Below are positions 24,380 through 37,700 of a stretch of DNA of 64,000 nt, in pieces (position 1 is the stretch's first letter; each line of letters opens with the position of its first letter). The DNA comes from Takakia lepidozioides (Eukaryota; Plantae; Bryophyta): NCBI GenBank assembly GCA_030704615.1, contig CM060731.1, positions 2,356,001 through 2,420,000 on the forward strand. Reading direction: 5' to 3'. The translations under genes were made by a program, and so were the position numbers. Below the pieces are notes generated by a model. That model worked only from the letters and a program-made list of their open reading frames with translations. It did no database searches and was not told the origin of the DNA.

Positions 24380-24961
24380 TCAGATCCGACGCCGGCAGAG
24401 AGGGCATGACCTGTTGAGCTGCACCCATGTGTCAAAGTATGGAGTGTGGAATGAATGGAAGCACTCACTTAGCATGCATACGGACTCTCCAGCTACTGGT
24501 GTCTCTAGGCAAATTGTGCATGGTTCCAATGCCTTTCTTTCCGCCGGCACAACAGACTCCGGAGCCGACTCTTCAACGATGTCCATGGAAACACCAATCC
24601 AGTGCAAATCCTCCTCTTCATTAACCTCCATCTCCTCATCGTCACCTCCTTCCTCATCCTCCATCCCCACGTTTTCATCAGCGTCTGACTCCTCTGAATC
24701 AGTGCTGCATTCCTCTTCAGTTGGAGCGTTCTCATTTTGCGACTGCATAAGCAACAAGGCCTCATATTCCTGCCTGGCAACGCACTCGGCGATATCGTCG
24801 AGATAAGGAGTCCACCACGATTCGGAAGCAGGTCTGTCCTCCCCGTCGCCCTCCATAGCACGGTTGCTGCTGCTTGCATCCACATTGGCAGCAGACCTGT
24901 CCTCCCCGTCGTCCTCCATAGCACGGCTGCTGCCGCCTGCATCCACATTGGTAGCGTCCAT
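24380..24961 (-). CDS. Intronless acidic protein with a C-terminal RING-H2-like domain (one ligand degenerate)
   Basis: CTICLE...CFHSFHTPYFDTWVQLNRSCPLCR in an open 193-aa frame; the sixth Zn ligand reads Y instead of C. Confidence 0.7.
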   Translation of the reverse strand: MDATNVDAGGSSRAMEDDGEDRSAANVDASSSNRAMEGDGEDRPASESWWTPYLDDIAECVARQEYEALLLMQSQNENAPTEEECSTDSEESDADENVGMEDEEGGDDEEMEVNEEEDLHWIGVSMDIVEESAPESVVPAERKALEPCTICLETPVAGESVCMLSECFHSFHTPYFDTWVQLNRSCPLCRRRI

Positions 24962-25444
24962 CTTAGCTAAACAGACAAAATAACTAACAACAAACTTGAT
25001 TTTGAGCTGTCAACACTGTGCCTGTAATCGTTGCAGACTTCCCTTAACCAGCCAGCGCATAATTGGCGTCGTGAATGAGAAAACCTAGCCGGCCCAAAAC
25101 ACCAAGAATCGTTGTCTTTCGAATCTTACTTGTGTTCAATTTTTTTATTTTTTTTATTAAAAACGGTCTTATTCCCGCGGTCCTATTCCCGCGGCCTTAT
25201 TCTCCTCTTATGCCTGTAATCGTTGCCAACTATGCAGGTTCGGCAACTGCCGAACCTGCTTTTTCCGAACCGAAGGCAAACTTCTAGGCCACATTATGAT
25301 GCAGCACTTCGCACTTTTTGACATGAAAAACAGTCAAAATTAGGTCGGGAAGGGCTAAATTCCAGGAATATTCCCTAAAAATTGCTCTGCTCATGCTTAT
25401 ATGTGCTCATGCTCATGCTCACCGCTCATGCAAAGTACACACCT

Positions 25445-27385
25445 CTTCCGTGTGCAGTTCCATGCCTCATCATCTTCACGCACATCACTATCATCTTCAT
25501 TCACATCTTCATCCTCATCCACTGGAGGTAATAGTTTAGCCTTGCTTCTGGTAACTATCATTGTACTTACTTCTGGTACAAAACATGACATAACCATGTG
25601 AGCTGCCACTACCGGGGGCCTTCATTCACAGGGATTCTCACCTCATTCTGGTGTCTAATCCAGATTGGACAGGCTGACTTGCGATGTCCTGGTTGGTTAC
25701 AATAGTAACATAGTTCTTCACCATTGGGTCCTCGCCCTTGGTCCATTCTGGGATTATTTCTATAATCCTGATTCCCTGCAGGGTAATTCCCCCTTGGATT
25801 ACCCTGGTAGTTGCCCCTGGGATTGCCTTGGTAATTCCCTCTAGGATTACCTCTTCCTGCCATACCATTGTTATATCCACCAGGCCTACCATAGTGGTCA
25901 TGGTCATTGTTTCTTCTTGGCTGGGGTTGCACTTGATGCACCCTCACTTATCTTGGTTCCCTTGTAGTTGTCTTTCTGTTGTAATAACAATTCTCAGTAG
26001 AATGGTTATCCTATAGATAGTACAGTGTTTCTCCTACATGTGGCATTCAGCTGTGGTATGGCCTTCATTTTGGCATTTTGCACACCAAACACCATTCCTC
26101 CAATGTGTTGCAGCCTCTGTGGCATACTTTTTCAAGATTTCTTCCAATATTTTCATAGTTGTCCCTCTTCAACTTTTCCTTCTTCTTGCTCTTCTTCTTG
26201 AGCTCTTGCTCTTCTTCCTCATCTGACTCATCCTCAGAGTCATCATCATCCATTTTATCCTTCCTGAGCAATTTCTCTTGCTCAATTCTGTTGGCTGTTT
26301 CAAATGCCTCCTCCACTGTATTATGGGGTAACATATCCACTTTCTTTTGTAACTCAGGTCTCAGCCCACTTACAAACCAAGTCTTTTGTAAACCTCCTGG
26401 TAGCACATCAGGCAACCTCTTCACCATTAACTCCATCTTCTCCAGATATTCCTCAACAATTTCATGCTTCTTTTGTCTCAATTGTTGTAGACTAACGTAC
26501 ACTTCATCTTCAGTTTTGCTTGTCCTGAACCTGTTTCGGAATGATGTACTAAGGCCATTCCAGATTTTAAAATGATTATTAGGAAACCTTGCATACCACT
26601 CACTTGCTTTCTTGATAAGTGAACAAGGAAACAATCTCAGTTTGGCATCATCACCATTCTCATTGTTCACTGTACACATGTGCTCAAATTAGCTGATGTG
26701 TACATCAGGATCCCCTTTTCCTGCATATATCGGAAAAGGTGGTTTTGCCCGTGTTGGAGGTACTGCCATCTGTGGCCCTACTCCCTGCCCTGTGGCAGGT
26801 GCTGGTCCTCCTGTAGGTACTGGTCTTTGAGACCTGCTGTGGTTGTGGTTGAACTTCCACCAGGTGTTGGCCCGTGAGCACTTCCTGCTACTGGCAGTAC
26901 CCCCAGCTCCAGTTGCACTACTTCCCACACTCCCTGTCCCCCCAGAGCCAGATCCAATTTGCCCGCCTGATCCCCCTGAGTCGACACCTGTGTTGGCCTG
27001 TGATTCAAGTACTCCAATTGATCCAGGTCCAACAGGTTGGGATGTCTTGGTTGTAGTCTCAACCTCAACTGTTGGGTCTATGTCTTCACACTCTTCGTCT
27101 TCCAAGTTTTTCTCTCTGTTTTCATCTTCCAAGTTCTTATCTTGGATTTCTTCTTCCTCACTCATATAACTCAATTGAAGTAGTGTTGGAGAATCTGAAC
27201 TCTCCGTTGGCTCTGCCTCATCTTCCTCTCCTTCCTTGGCTTGTGTTTCAGAAACTGGAGTTCCTGCTCTTGATGTTCCATGCCAACTCTGATCAAAGAT
27301 TTCTGTCAAATCTTAAACCCAAGGATGTACCTCTGATTTTTCCTCTCGTGGTTGATCTTCTTCCTATACCAAATCCCTTAATATT
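25445..27385 (-). pseudogene. Gypsy gag (retrotransposon gag domain plus zinc knuckles)
   Basis: AKLRLFPCSL..KASEWY, WFVSGLRPEL and CYYCNQPGHRKSAC. Confidence 0.85.
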
Positions 27386-27655
27386 TCTTGCAAATAACCC
27401 TTCCATTTCACGAGATACTCCGTTTCTCGATTCTTGAACCTCCTCGACTTAAGCACTGCCTCCACCTCGTACTCAGGTTCATTTTCATGATCCAACAGCA
27501 CAGGTGGCGGACGCATCACTTGATGCCGATTCGGACGCGCTTCGTCTTTGAAGTAAGGCTTCAAAAGGGAGACGTGGAATACCGGATGCACCTTGTTGTT
27601 TGCCGGCAACTCCAATTCATACACATCCTCATTCATAACCTTTCGGATGCGAAAG

Positions 27656-28382
27656 TGTCGCGCACCTCACTTCGGTAAGCTCCCCCTGAAGTCATAGTTA
27701 CTCGCTTTGATGCGCGCGCCTGACTCCCAACCTGGCCGCCGGACCAACTTGGAGCTTCGGCTGCTCACCGGGGCATAACGGTCCCCCTTTGTTCTCCCAA
27801 AGAACCCTCCACCGATTTGGAACCAGCGGGAATTCCCTTTGGTAGTTGGCAGTCCGGAACAGCTCCCCACTCTTTGGTCGCTTTCCGGCTCGCTCGCTTA
27901 CTCACTAGTTTTTGGTCACCAACGGGTTTGCACCGTTCTCGGGGTTACTACTCCCTATATATACTTCTGTAGTTGTCCACGGGGGTTTCACAACCAGCCA
28001 TGCCATTTTATGGCGAACCACCACGAAAACCCTCGACTCCCGGTGATGAGTCGCGGTGAGTCTTGGCCCACTCACCACGGCCCCTATGGACCGTGATGAG
28101 TCCCAAGACTCCCCGCGACTCCCACCACGAGGTCTCCGCCCCCATGGTGAGTCTTATGCCACCCCCACTAAGTCCCGCTAAGCTACCACCACCCCTTGTG
28201 GAGCCACCCCCACCGCAACCCGGTGTGCGGGGCTCCACCTAGTGAGCGCCTCCGTTTCCCTGAGTGCCTTGGGCACTCAAGGGTGCTTTAGCCCCCCATA
28301 CCTATCGCTGCCACTGCCCCCACCACAGGGGCAGTCCCTCATGTGTCCCGACCCCCTGCCCTCAAGGCAAATGGCCGCGACA
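27656..28382 (-). repeat. 3' LTR of the nested chromovirus
   Basis: TG...CA ends; nearly identical to 33906-34628. Confidence 0.93.
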
Positions 28383-29286
28383 CACACCCCTACCAACAGG
28401 GAGTCGATGTCCTCATCGACTTGTCCATTTTGTAGAAACGAACATCCAAGTTGTGGCGTCCCACATCAAGGAGTTTGTTTCCGCACCATGGCGTCCCATG
28501 ACAAAGAACCAAACCCCACACTTGACTCTACTCTCCACTAGCTAGTTCGGCCGACTTCCTCCAAGTCTCGGCCAAGGGTGGAGCCTCTCCAGCTCCTCCC
28601 AGTGCACTCTTCTTGGCCTACTTCAAGGCCAAGGAACGATCCTCCCCGAGGATCGAATCGCCTTACTGCAACAACATTGCTTGCGACCGCTCATGATGCC
28701 GCTTTTGGCATCACCTTGAGCAAGGGTTCACCTCGAACCCTCTTTGACTAGGAAGATAACCTTGAACCAACCGTGCGCCCCAATCACTACAATTGGGTCC
28801 GCCTTGGAATGCTGGCCTGAGGTACGGGAACACGCCGAAGCCGCACTACGACTTCGTCCCGAGGCTACACGATTATAGTACGTGAACGGAAGCACGTAGC
28901 TTCCGCGTTAGCCCGCACTACAAGGCAACCCCCTCGGTAGCGCAGTTATAGTACGCGCACGCGCCAAGTGCGCACTAGCACGTGAACTCCCAAAGAAGGC
29001 GCAAGTTTCCTTGCCCCTTGGATGGGAGTCACCCGATTTTGGCACTGCGCAAACACACGATTAACCCAATTTACCTCTCCCACTTTTGTAAACTAGCATG
29101 CATTCTACACACTAGCCAACCATACCATGCATCACCATTCCAAACAAAATAGGAAGCACAACATTTTGAAACATTTCATTTAAAGCAAATTTTGTACAAT
29201 ACAAGTTTTTGCATTCGGATTCCTGAGCTAGCTAAGCCGGGCTAAGCATGTATTTCCTCCCCCACGCTCCAAGGTTGATGTCCCCA

Positions 29287-32200
29287 TCAACGCTTCTTCC
29301 GCTTTTGAGGTCGCCCTTCGAACGCTGCAACCGCCTCGGATGTGTTTCCCATTTCTGAGGCACGCACCCAAGATGCCTCCACATGATGATAGCCCTTCCA
29401 TTTGACGAGATACTCCGTTTCTCGGTTCTTGAACCTCCTCGACTTAAGTACTGCCTCCACCTCGTACTCAGGTTCATTTTCATGATCCAACAGCATAGGT
29501 GGCGGACGCAACACTTGATGCCGATTCGGACGCGCTTCATCTTTCAAGTAAGGCTTCAAAAGGGAGACATGGAATACTGGGTGCACCTTGCTGTTTGCCG
29601 GCAGCTCCAATTCATACACATCCTCATTCATAACCTTCCGAATGCGAAAGGGTCCCGCATATGGAGGTATGAACTTCGGACTCACTTCCGGAGGTAGTCG
29701 GAAATTCTTGATGTTCAACTAGACCTCCGTGTCTGCCTCAAACTTCACTTCCCTCTGCTTCCGATTCGCCTGCCTTTCATACCGTTTCCTAGCTTTGGCA
29801 ATGTTGTACTTTGCGAGCTTCAACAAACGCTCGCGTTCTTCCAGTACCACCGCTACTGCCGGTTCCTCAACGTCCTGGGCGGCCCAACTTGTCGGCACCA
29901 GAGGTGCTTTTCCATAGACCAATACGAAAGGGGAAACTCCCGTTGCGGAGTGTTTTGTGTTATTATAACAGAACTCTACCGCGTCTAAGTGTTCCACCCA
30001 GTCTGATTGGTCTGCCGACACGTAATTCCGCAAGATCTGCTTCACTACGGAATTCACTCTTTCCGTTTGGCCGTCGGTTGTAGGTCGGAAGGCGGTGCTC
30101 ATCTTCAGCCTCGTCCCCATCTTCTTCCAAAGTGTCTTCCAAAATTTACTCGTAAACTTTGGATCGCGGTCCGAGACAATATCCTTCGAGACTCCATGAT
30201 GCTTTAAGACGTGGGCGAAGTAAAGTCGCCCTGTCTCCTGCGCCGTTGCCGTCTCATTGGTGGGGATGAAATGGCCCATTTTACTGAACCTATCCACCAC
30301 CACCATGATTGCATCGAATCCTTTTGACATCGGCATAGCAATCATGAAATCCATCGAGACGCTTTCCCAAGTCCCCTCTGGAATCGGCAAGGGTTGTAAT
30401 AGCCCCGCTTGCTTTTTGTACTCGCTCCGGTTTTGTTGGCATGTGGTGCATGTCTTGACATACTCCTCTGCCTCCTCCCTCAGTTTGGGCCAGAAATACT
30501 CTTTCTTCAAGAGTGCCGCAGTGCGCTTGGCTCCGCCGTGGCCCGCAAGCGGGCTATCATGGCATTCTCTCAAGAGGCTATCTCTGATCCCTCCCTTCGG
30601 CACGTAGAGACGCTTTTGCTTATACCGGAGCAACCCATTTTGCAAGTGGAACTGCGATTTAACCCCCATTCTCAAGTCCTGCATCACGGACTTTGTCAGC
30701 TCATCCTTCCGGCAAGCCTTCCGGATCTTCCTTTGGAGCGCCATCTCGCCCTTGTACACCAACAAGAGATGCTGCTTTCTACTTAAAGCATCGACCACCA
30801 CGTTGTCTCGTCCCGGTTTGTACTGGATATCCACGTCGAACACCGCCAAAGTATCTTGCCACCTAAGTTGTTTGGGGACAACTTGGGCTGCGTGGCAAAA
30901 TACTTCACCGTGACATTGTCCGTGAACACCTTCACTGGGTTGGAACCAACATAGTGGCGCCAGAGCTCAAGACAGTGCACCACCGCCTTCATCTCTTTCT
31001 CGTGCGTCGGCCACCGTCGCTCCACTTCATTCAATTTCTTACTTTCGTAAGCCACTGGACGTCCATCTTGCATCAGTACACCCCCAATCGCGAAGTCCGA
31101 CGCATCTGTATGTATCTCGAACGGACGATCGAACTCCGGGATTTTCAAGACTGGAGCTTCCGCCATCCGCTGCTTCAATTCAGCAAAAGCTTGGCCACAA
31201 AAGGTGTTCCATGCCCAGACTTTAGATTTACACAGAAGGTCCGACAGCGGCCCCGCGATCTTGGTGAAATTTCTCACATACTTCCGGTAATAGGAGGCGA
31301 GTCCTAGGAAGGAACGCACTCCCGGGACCGAAGTTGGAGGCTCCCAGTCCAATATCGCCCTCACCTTTCTGTCATCCATTTTGATCCCATCCTGTGTAAT
31401 CACATGCCCCAAGAACTCCACTTTCATGACCCCGAATTCGCACTTTGAAGCTTTGGCATACAGCTTCCCTTCTCGCAATTTTTGGAACACCCTTTTGAGG
31501 TGCTCCAGGTGCTCCTCCTTTGTTTTCGAGTACACCAAGATGTCGTCGATGTGCACGATCACAAAGTCATCCAACCACTCCTGAAAAAGGCTGTTCAACA
31601 GCGTGCTAAATATCGCTGGTGCATTGGTGAGCCCAAAAGGCATCACCAAGAACTCATATAAACCATACCTTGTCCTGCACGCGGTCTTCTCCTCATCTCC
31701 TTCCGCCACCCGAATTTGATGATAGCCGGAGCGCAAGTCGATCCGGCTGAAATACTTCGCTCCTGCCAACCGATCGAAGAGGTCGTTGATCCTTGGCAAA
31801 GGGTACCGGTTTTTGATAGTCACCTTATTCAAAGCCCTGTAATCGACACACATCCGCAGCGTCCCATCTTTCTTGTCTGCAAATAGCACCGGGGCTCCGT
31901 AAGGTGACTTACTCGGCCGGATGTACCCCTTTGACATTAGATCCTTGAGCTGAGTCTTCAGCTCGACCAACTCTCTGTGGCTCAACCGGTTGGGCGCCTT
32001 GGCAGGCGGTTCCGATCCCGGTATCAATCTTGTGGTCAACTTCTCTTCGCGGTGGCAAACCGCTTGGTAAATCCTCCGGCATCACATCCTCACATCCTGG
32101 TATTTCTCCAAAATCCCCTTGATCCAATCTGGGCTCGGCTCCCCATCGCCTTCTCCCTTCACTTCTCTAATGTAAAGCAAAAACTGGGGCTCGTGTGCCT

Positions 32201-33854
32201 CCTCCACGGCCCACTCCCTTGCTGACAGAAGGTTTATTCGCCCTCCCACGGGTTTGGGCGTTTCCGACACTCGTAAGACTCGCCACCATTCCCAACATGG
32301 CAGCGTGACTACTCTCTTGCGGCCATCTATGACCGCTCCGGATTTGCTCAAAAAGGTCATCCCAAAAATGAGATCCACTCCATCGATCTCGCAGATGGTG
32401 AAGTTCTCACGTCCCTCCCAACTTCCCAGTTGAAGAGGAACATCGAACGCCAACCTTGTCGTCAATTGTGGTTCTCCTTTAGCAGAACGCACCTCAATAG
32501 AGGCCCCCACGTCACTTGTCGGGAGTCCCAACTTTCGCGCCGCGCCGGCGTCATGAAGGAGTGCGACGCTCCTGTGTCCACCAACAACGACACGTTAGTT
32601 CCGGATATTATCCCATCCACGAACAATAACTGACTCCCTTTACGCAGGGCGCCAGTTTCCTGATACAACTCACAAGAATAGTTGCCTACCTTGCAAGTCC
32701 TGGCGACCACCGCTTCCACCAAGCGACTGATGGTATCTTCCGACAGCCCGTGGTTGCCCGAGTCATGTTCAATTGTCGAGGTTTCGTGCACTTCTTGGCC
32801 ATGTGCCCGGGCTCCCCGCAATTGAAACACACTCCATCAAAGGTCGCCTTCTGTCCGCCATAGGCCGCTCCACCCACTTTTCCTTTCGAAGCACCGGGTG
32901 CCGCCTTGACTTGTGAAGGCCCTCCCTTCGATTTCCACGTGCCATTGTCGCCGCGTGGCCTATCCCACTTCTTTTCCGGTCGGAAGGAGTCACCTTCCCG
33001 CCGGGTCTTCTTGTGGTTCAGCTCCGTACGGCCTTGTCTTTCACCCCTAGGGACATCTGAGAAACATTCAGCCCTCTCAATTGCCTCGTTCAAAGTCTTA
33101 GGTGGCTTCTCCTCCAACTTCCGCCTGGCCCATGGGGCCAGTCCCGCCACAAAGTTGAAGACCATTTCTGGTTCTGCCATGTCCGCGACTTCGAGCAAAA
33201 GCACATTGAAAGCCTGGACATATCCCCGAATGTCATCTGTTTGCTTCAAATTCCTCATCTTGTCCCGGGCAAGCCAGGACGCGTTGAGGGGCACAAACTG
33301 TCTCTTCATCAATTCCTTGAACCCACTCCAGTTCAAGGTTTCCGGGCTTGGACCTCGGTCGTGAAGGCGTTTCTGCCACCATTGTTGAGCATAGCCCCTC
33401 AAATAGGTGGGAGCCACTTCCACCCGATCCTCGTCACTCAACTTGGCCGCCCGGAAGTACTGCTCTAGCTCCAGGAGCCAAGTGTTGAGTGCTTCCGATT
33501 TCGGACGCCCTCGAAGGTGCCGGGTTCCTTAGGCTTCACCTTAAACTTTGCCTTAGTGGAAGTGGCATTAGCCGCCTTCAACACACGTCTTTCAACGTCC
33601 CGCCAAACTGCGCCAACAACCCTTCCCAAAAGGCTGCCGGCATGGGAGACATCTCTTGGTTTGTCGGAGCTCTCAAGGATTCCTTGGGCTCCGACTCCTC
33701 GGATTCCTCCCGCTCTTGAGCGGCCTCGTTTTTGGAAACATGCATCGCTTCCTCAAACGGCCGCCTCGGTGACACGTCGCCCCCATCGGGCTCACCAGGA
33801 TCATCATCTTTTGGGCCGTTCCGCTTTCGCTTTGGCTTGCCCGACCCCATGATG
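29287..33854 (-). pseudogene. gag-pol of the nested chromovirus (gag, CCHC, protease, RT, RNase H, integrase, chromodomain), frameshifted
   Basis: [67 protein letters not shown] and YEVEAVL...YLVKWKGY. Confidence 0.93.
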
Positions 33855-33891
33855 AGGCCAATCCCAAGGACGATCACGTACTGAACTCTAA

Positions 33892-33903
33892 GCTCTGATA
33901 CCA
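33892..33903 (-). other. Primer-binding site (tRNA-iMet)
   Basis: TGGTATCAGAGC on the minus strand, 2 nt from the LTR; the same site recurs at 38999-39010. Confidence 0.92.
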
Positions 33904-33905
33904 AG

Positions 33906-34766
33906 TGTCGCGCACCTCACTTCGGTAAGCTCCCCTCAAGTCATAGTTACTCGCTTTGATGCGCGCGCCTGACTCCCAACCTGGCCGCCGGGCCAACTTG
34001 GAGCTTCGGCTGCTCACCGGGCATAACGGTCCCCTTTGTTCTCCCAAAGAACCCTCCACCGATTTGGAACCAGCGGGAATTCCCTTTGGTAGTTGGCAGT
34101 CCGGAACAGCTCCCCACTCTTTGGTCGCTTTCCGGCTCGCTCGCTTACTCACTAGTTTTTGGTCACCAACGGGCTTGCACCGTTCTCGGGGTTACTACTC
34201 CCTATATATACTTCTGTAGCTGTCCGCGGGGGTTTCACAACCAGCCATGCCATTTTATGGCGAACCACCACGAAAACCCTCGACTCCCGGTGATGAGTCG
34301 CGGTGAGTCTTGGCCCACTCACCACGGCCCCTATGGACCGTGATGAGTCCCAAGACTCCCCACAACTCCCACCACAAGGTCTCCGCCCCATGGTGAGTCC
34401 TATGCCACCCCCACTAAGTCCCGCTAAGCTACCACCACCCCTTGTGGAGCCACCCCCACCGCAACCCGGTGTGCGGGGCTCCACCTAGTGAGCGCCTCCG
34501 TTTCCCTGAGTGCCTTGGGCACTCAAGGGTGCTTCAGCCCCCCATACCTATCGCTGCCGCTGCCCCCACCACAGGGGCAGTCCCTCATGTGTCCCGACCC
34601 CTTGCCCTCAAGGCAAAGGACCGCGACAGAGCGCCTCCGCTTCCCTGAGTGCCTTGGGCACTCAAGGGTGCTTCAGCCCCCATACCTATCGCTGCCGCTG
34701 CCCCCACCACAGGGGCAGTCCCTCATGTGTCCCGACCCCCTGCCCTCAAGGCAAAGGGCCGCGACA
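33906..34766 (-). repeat. 5' LTR of the nested chromovirus, with a terminal duplication of about 138 bp
   Basis: The LTR end CGCGACA occurs at both 34628 and 34766. Confidence 0.9.
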
Positions 34767-37700
34767 GAAAGGGTCCCGCATACGGAGGTACGAACTTCGG
34801 ACTCATTTCCGGAGGTAGTCGGAAATTCTTGATGTTCAACTAGACCTCCGTGCCTGCGTCAAACTTAACTTCCCTCCGCTTCCGATTCGGCTGCCGCTTA
34901 TACCATTTCCTAGTTTTGGCTATGTTGTACTTTGCGAGCTTCAACAAATGCTCGCGTTCTTCCAGCACCGCTGCTGCTGCGGTTCCTCAACGTCCTGGGC
35001 AGCCCAACTTGTCGGCACCAGAGGTGCTTTTCCATAGACCAATACGAAAGGGGAAACTCCCGTTGCGGAGTGTTTTGTGTTATTATAACAGAACTCTGCC
35101 ACATCCAAGTGTTCCACCCAGTCCGATTGGTCTGCCGACACGTAATTCCGCAAGGAGTCTGCTTCACCACGGAATTCACCCTTTCCGTTTAGCCGTCCGT
35201 CGTAGGTCGGAAGGCGGTGTTCATCTTGAGCCTCGTCCCCATTTTCTTCCAAAGTGCCCTCCAAAATTTACTTGTAAACTTTGGATTGCGGTCCGAGATA
35301 ATATCCTTCGGGAGTCCATGATGCTTGAAGACGTGGGCGAAGTAAAGTTGCCCCGTCTCCTGCGCCGTTGCCGTCTCTTTGGTAAGGATGAAATGGCCCA
35401 TTTTACTGAACCTATCCACCACCACCATGATTGCATCGAATCCTTTTGACAGCGGCATAGCAGTCATGAAATCCATCGAGACATTTTCCCAAGACCCCTC
35501 TGGAATCGGCAAGGGTTGTAACAGCCTGGCTTGCTTTTTGTACTCGCTCCGGTTTTGTTGGCATGTGGTGCATGTCTTGACATACTCCTCGGCCTCCTCC
35601 CTCAGTTTGGGCCAGAAATACTCTTTCTTCAAGAGTGCCGCGGTGCGCTTGGCTCCGCCGTGGCCCGCAAGCGGGCCATCATGGCATTGTCTCAAGAGAC
35701 TATCTTTGATCCCTCCCTTTGGCACATAGAGACGCTTTTGCTTGTACCGAAGCAGTCCATTGTGCAAGTGGAACTGCAATTTAACCCCGATCCTCAAGTC
35801 CCGCATCACGGACTTCGCCATCTCATCCTTCCGGTAAGCCTTCCGGATCTTCCTTTGGAGCGTCGTCTCGCCCCTGTACACTAACATGAGCTGCTGCTTT
35901 CTACTTAAGGCATCGGCCACCACATTGTCCCGTCCCGGTTTGTACTGGATATCCACGTCGAACACCGCCAAAGTGTCTTGCCACCTAAGTTGTTTTGGGG
36001 ACAACTTAGGCTGCGTGGCAAAATACTTCACCGTGACATTGTCCGTGAACACCTTTACCGGGTTGGAACCAACATAGTGGCGCCAAAGCTCAAGGCAATG
36101 CACCACCGCATACATTTCTTTCTCATGCGTAGGCCACCTTCGCTCCACTTCATTCAGTTTCTTACTGTCATAAGCTACTGGACGTCCATCCTGCATGAAC
36201 ACACCCCCTATTGCGAAGTCCGACGCATCCGTATGAATCTCAAATGGACGGTCGAACTCTGGGATTTTGAGGACTGGGGCTTCCGCCATCCGCTGCTTCA
36301 ACTCGGCGAAAGCTTGGCCACAAAAGGCGTTCCATACCCAGACTTTGGATTTACACAGAAGGTCTGACAGCGGCCCCGCGATCTTGGCGAAATTTCTCAC
36401 ATACTTCCGGTAATAGGAGGCGAGTCCTAGGAAGGATCGCACTCCCGGGACCGAAGTCGGAGGCTCCCAGTCCAAGATCGCCCTCACCTTTCTGTCATCC
36501 ATTTTGATCCCATCATGTGTAATCACATGCCCCAGGAACTCCACTTTTGTGACCCCGAATTCGCACTTTTGAAGCTTTGGCATACAGCTTCCCTTCCCGC
36601 AATTTTTGGAAAACCCTTTTGAGGTGTTTCCAGGTGCTCTTCCTTTGTTTTCGAGTGCACCAAGATGTCGTCGATGTACACGATCACAAAGTCATCCAAC
36701 CACTCCTGGAAAAGGCTGTTCATTAGCGTGCTAAAGGTTGCGGGTGCGTTAGTGAGCCCAAAAGGCATCACCAAGAACTAATATGAACCATATCTTGTCC
36801 TGTACGCGGTCTTCTCCTCATCTCCTTCTGCCACTCGGATTTGATGGTAGCCCAAGCGCAAATCGATCCGGCTGAAATACTTTGCTCCTGTCAACTGATT
36901 GAAGAGGTCGTCGATCCTTGGCAAAGGGTACCGGTTCTTGATAGTCACCTTATTCAGAGCCCTGTAATCGACACACATCCGTAGCGTCCCATCCTTCTTG
37001 TCTGCGAATAGAACCAGGGCTCCGTAAGGTGACTTACTCGGCCGGATGTACCCCTTTGACATTAGATCCTTGAGCTGAGTCTTCAGCTCGACCAACTCTC
37101 TGTGGCTCAACCGGTAGGGCGCCTTGGCAGGCGGCTCCAATCCTGGTATCACCTCAATCTTGTGGTCAACTCCTCTTTGCGGTGGCAAGCCGTTTGGTAA
37201 ATCCTCCGGCATCACATCCTGGTATTTCTCCAAAATCCCCTTAATCTAATCTGGGCTCGGCTCCCTCACTTGTCTTACGTAAAGCAAAAACTGGGGCTCG
37301 TGTGGCTCATCCACGGCCCACTCCTTTGTTGATAGTAGGTTTATTCGCCCTCCCACTGGGTTGGGCGTTTCCGAAACTCGTAACACTTCGCTACCATTCC
37401 CACATGGTAGGGTGACTACTCTTTTGCGGCCATCTATGACCGCTCCGGACTTGCTCAAAAAGGTCATCCCAAAAATGAGACCCACTCCATCGATCTCGCA
37501 AATGGTGAAGTTCTCACGTCCCTCCCAACTCCCGAGCTGAAGAGGAACATTGAACGCCAACCTCGTCGCCAATTGTGGTTCTCCTTTGGCAGAACGCACT
37601 TCAATGGAGGCCCCCACATCACTTGTCGGGAGCCCAATTTCCGTGCCGTTGCCGGTGTCATGAAGGAGTGCGACGCTCATGTGTCCACCAACAACCACAC

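Larger units (their letters stand above)
27656..34766 (-). mobile_element. Full-length chromovirus LTR retrotransposon (nested copy)
   Basis: LTRs bounded TGTCGCG...CGCGACA at 27656-28382 and 33906-34766; GAAAG TSD at 27651-27655 and 34767-34771; tRNA-iMet PBS. Confidence 0.95.
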
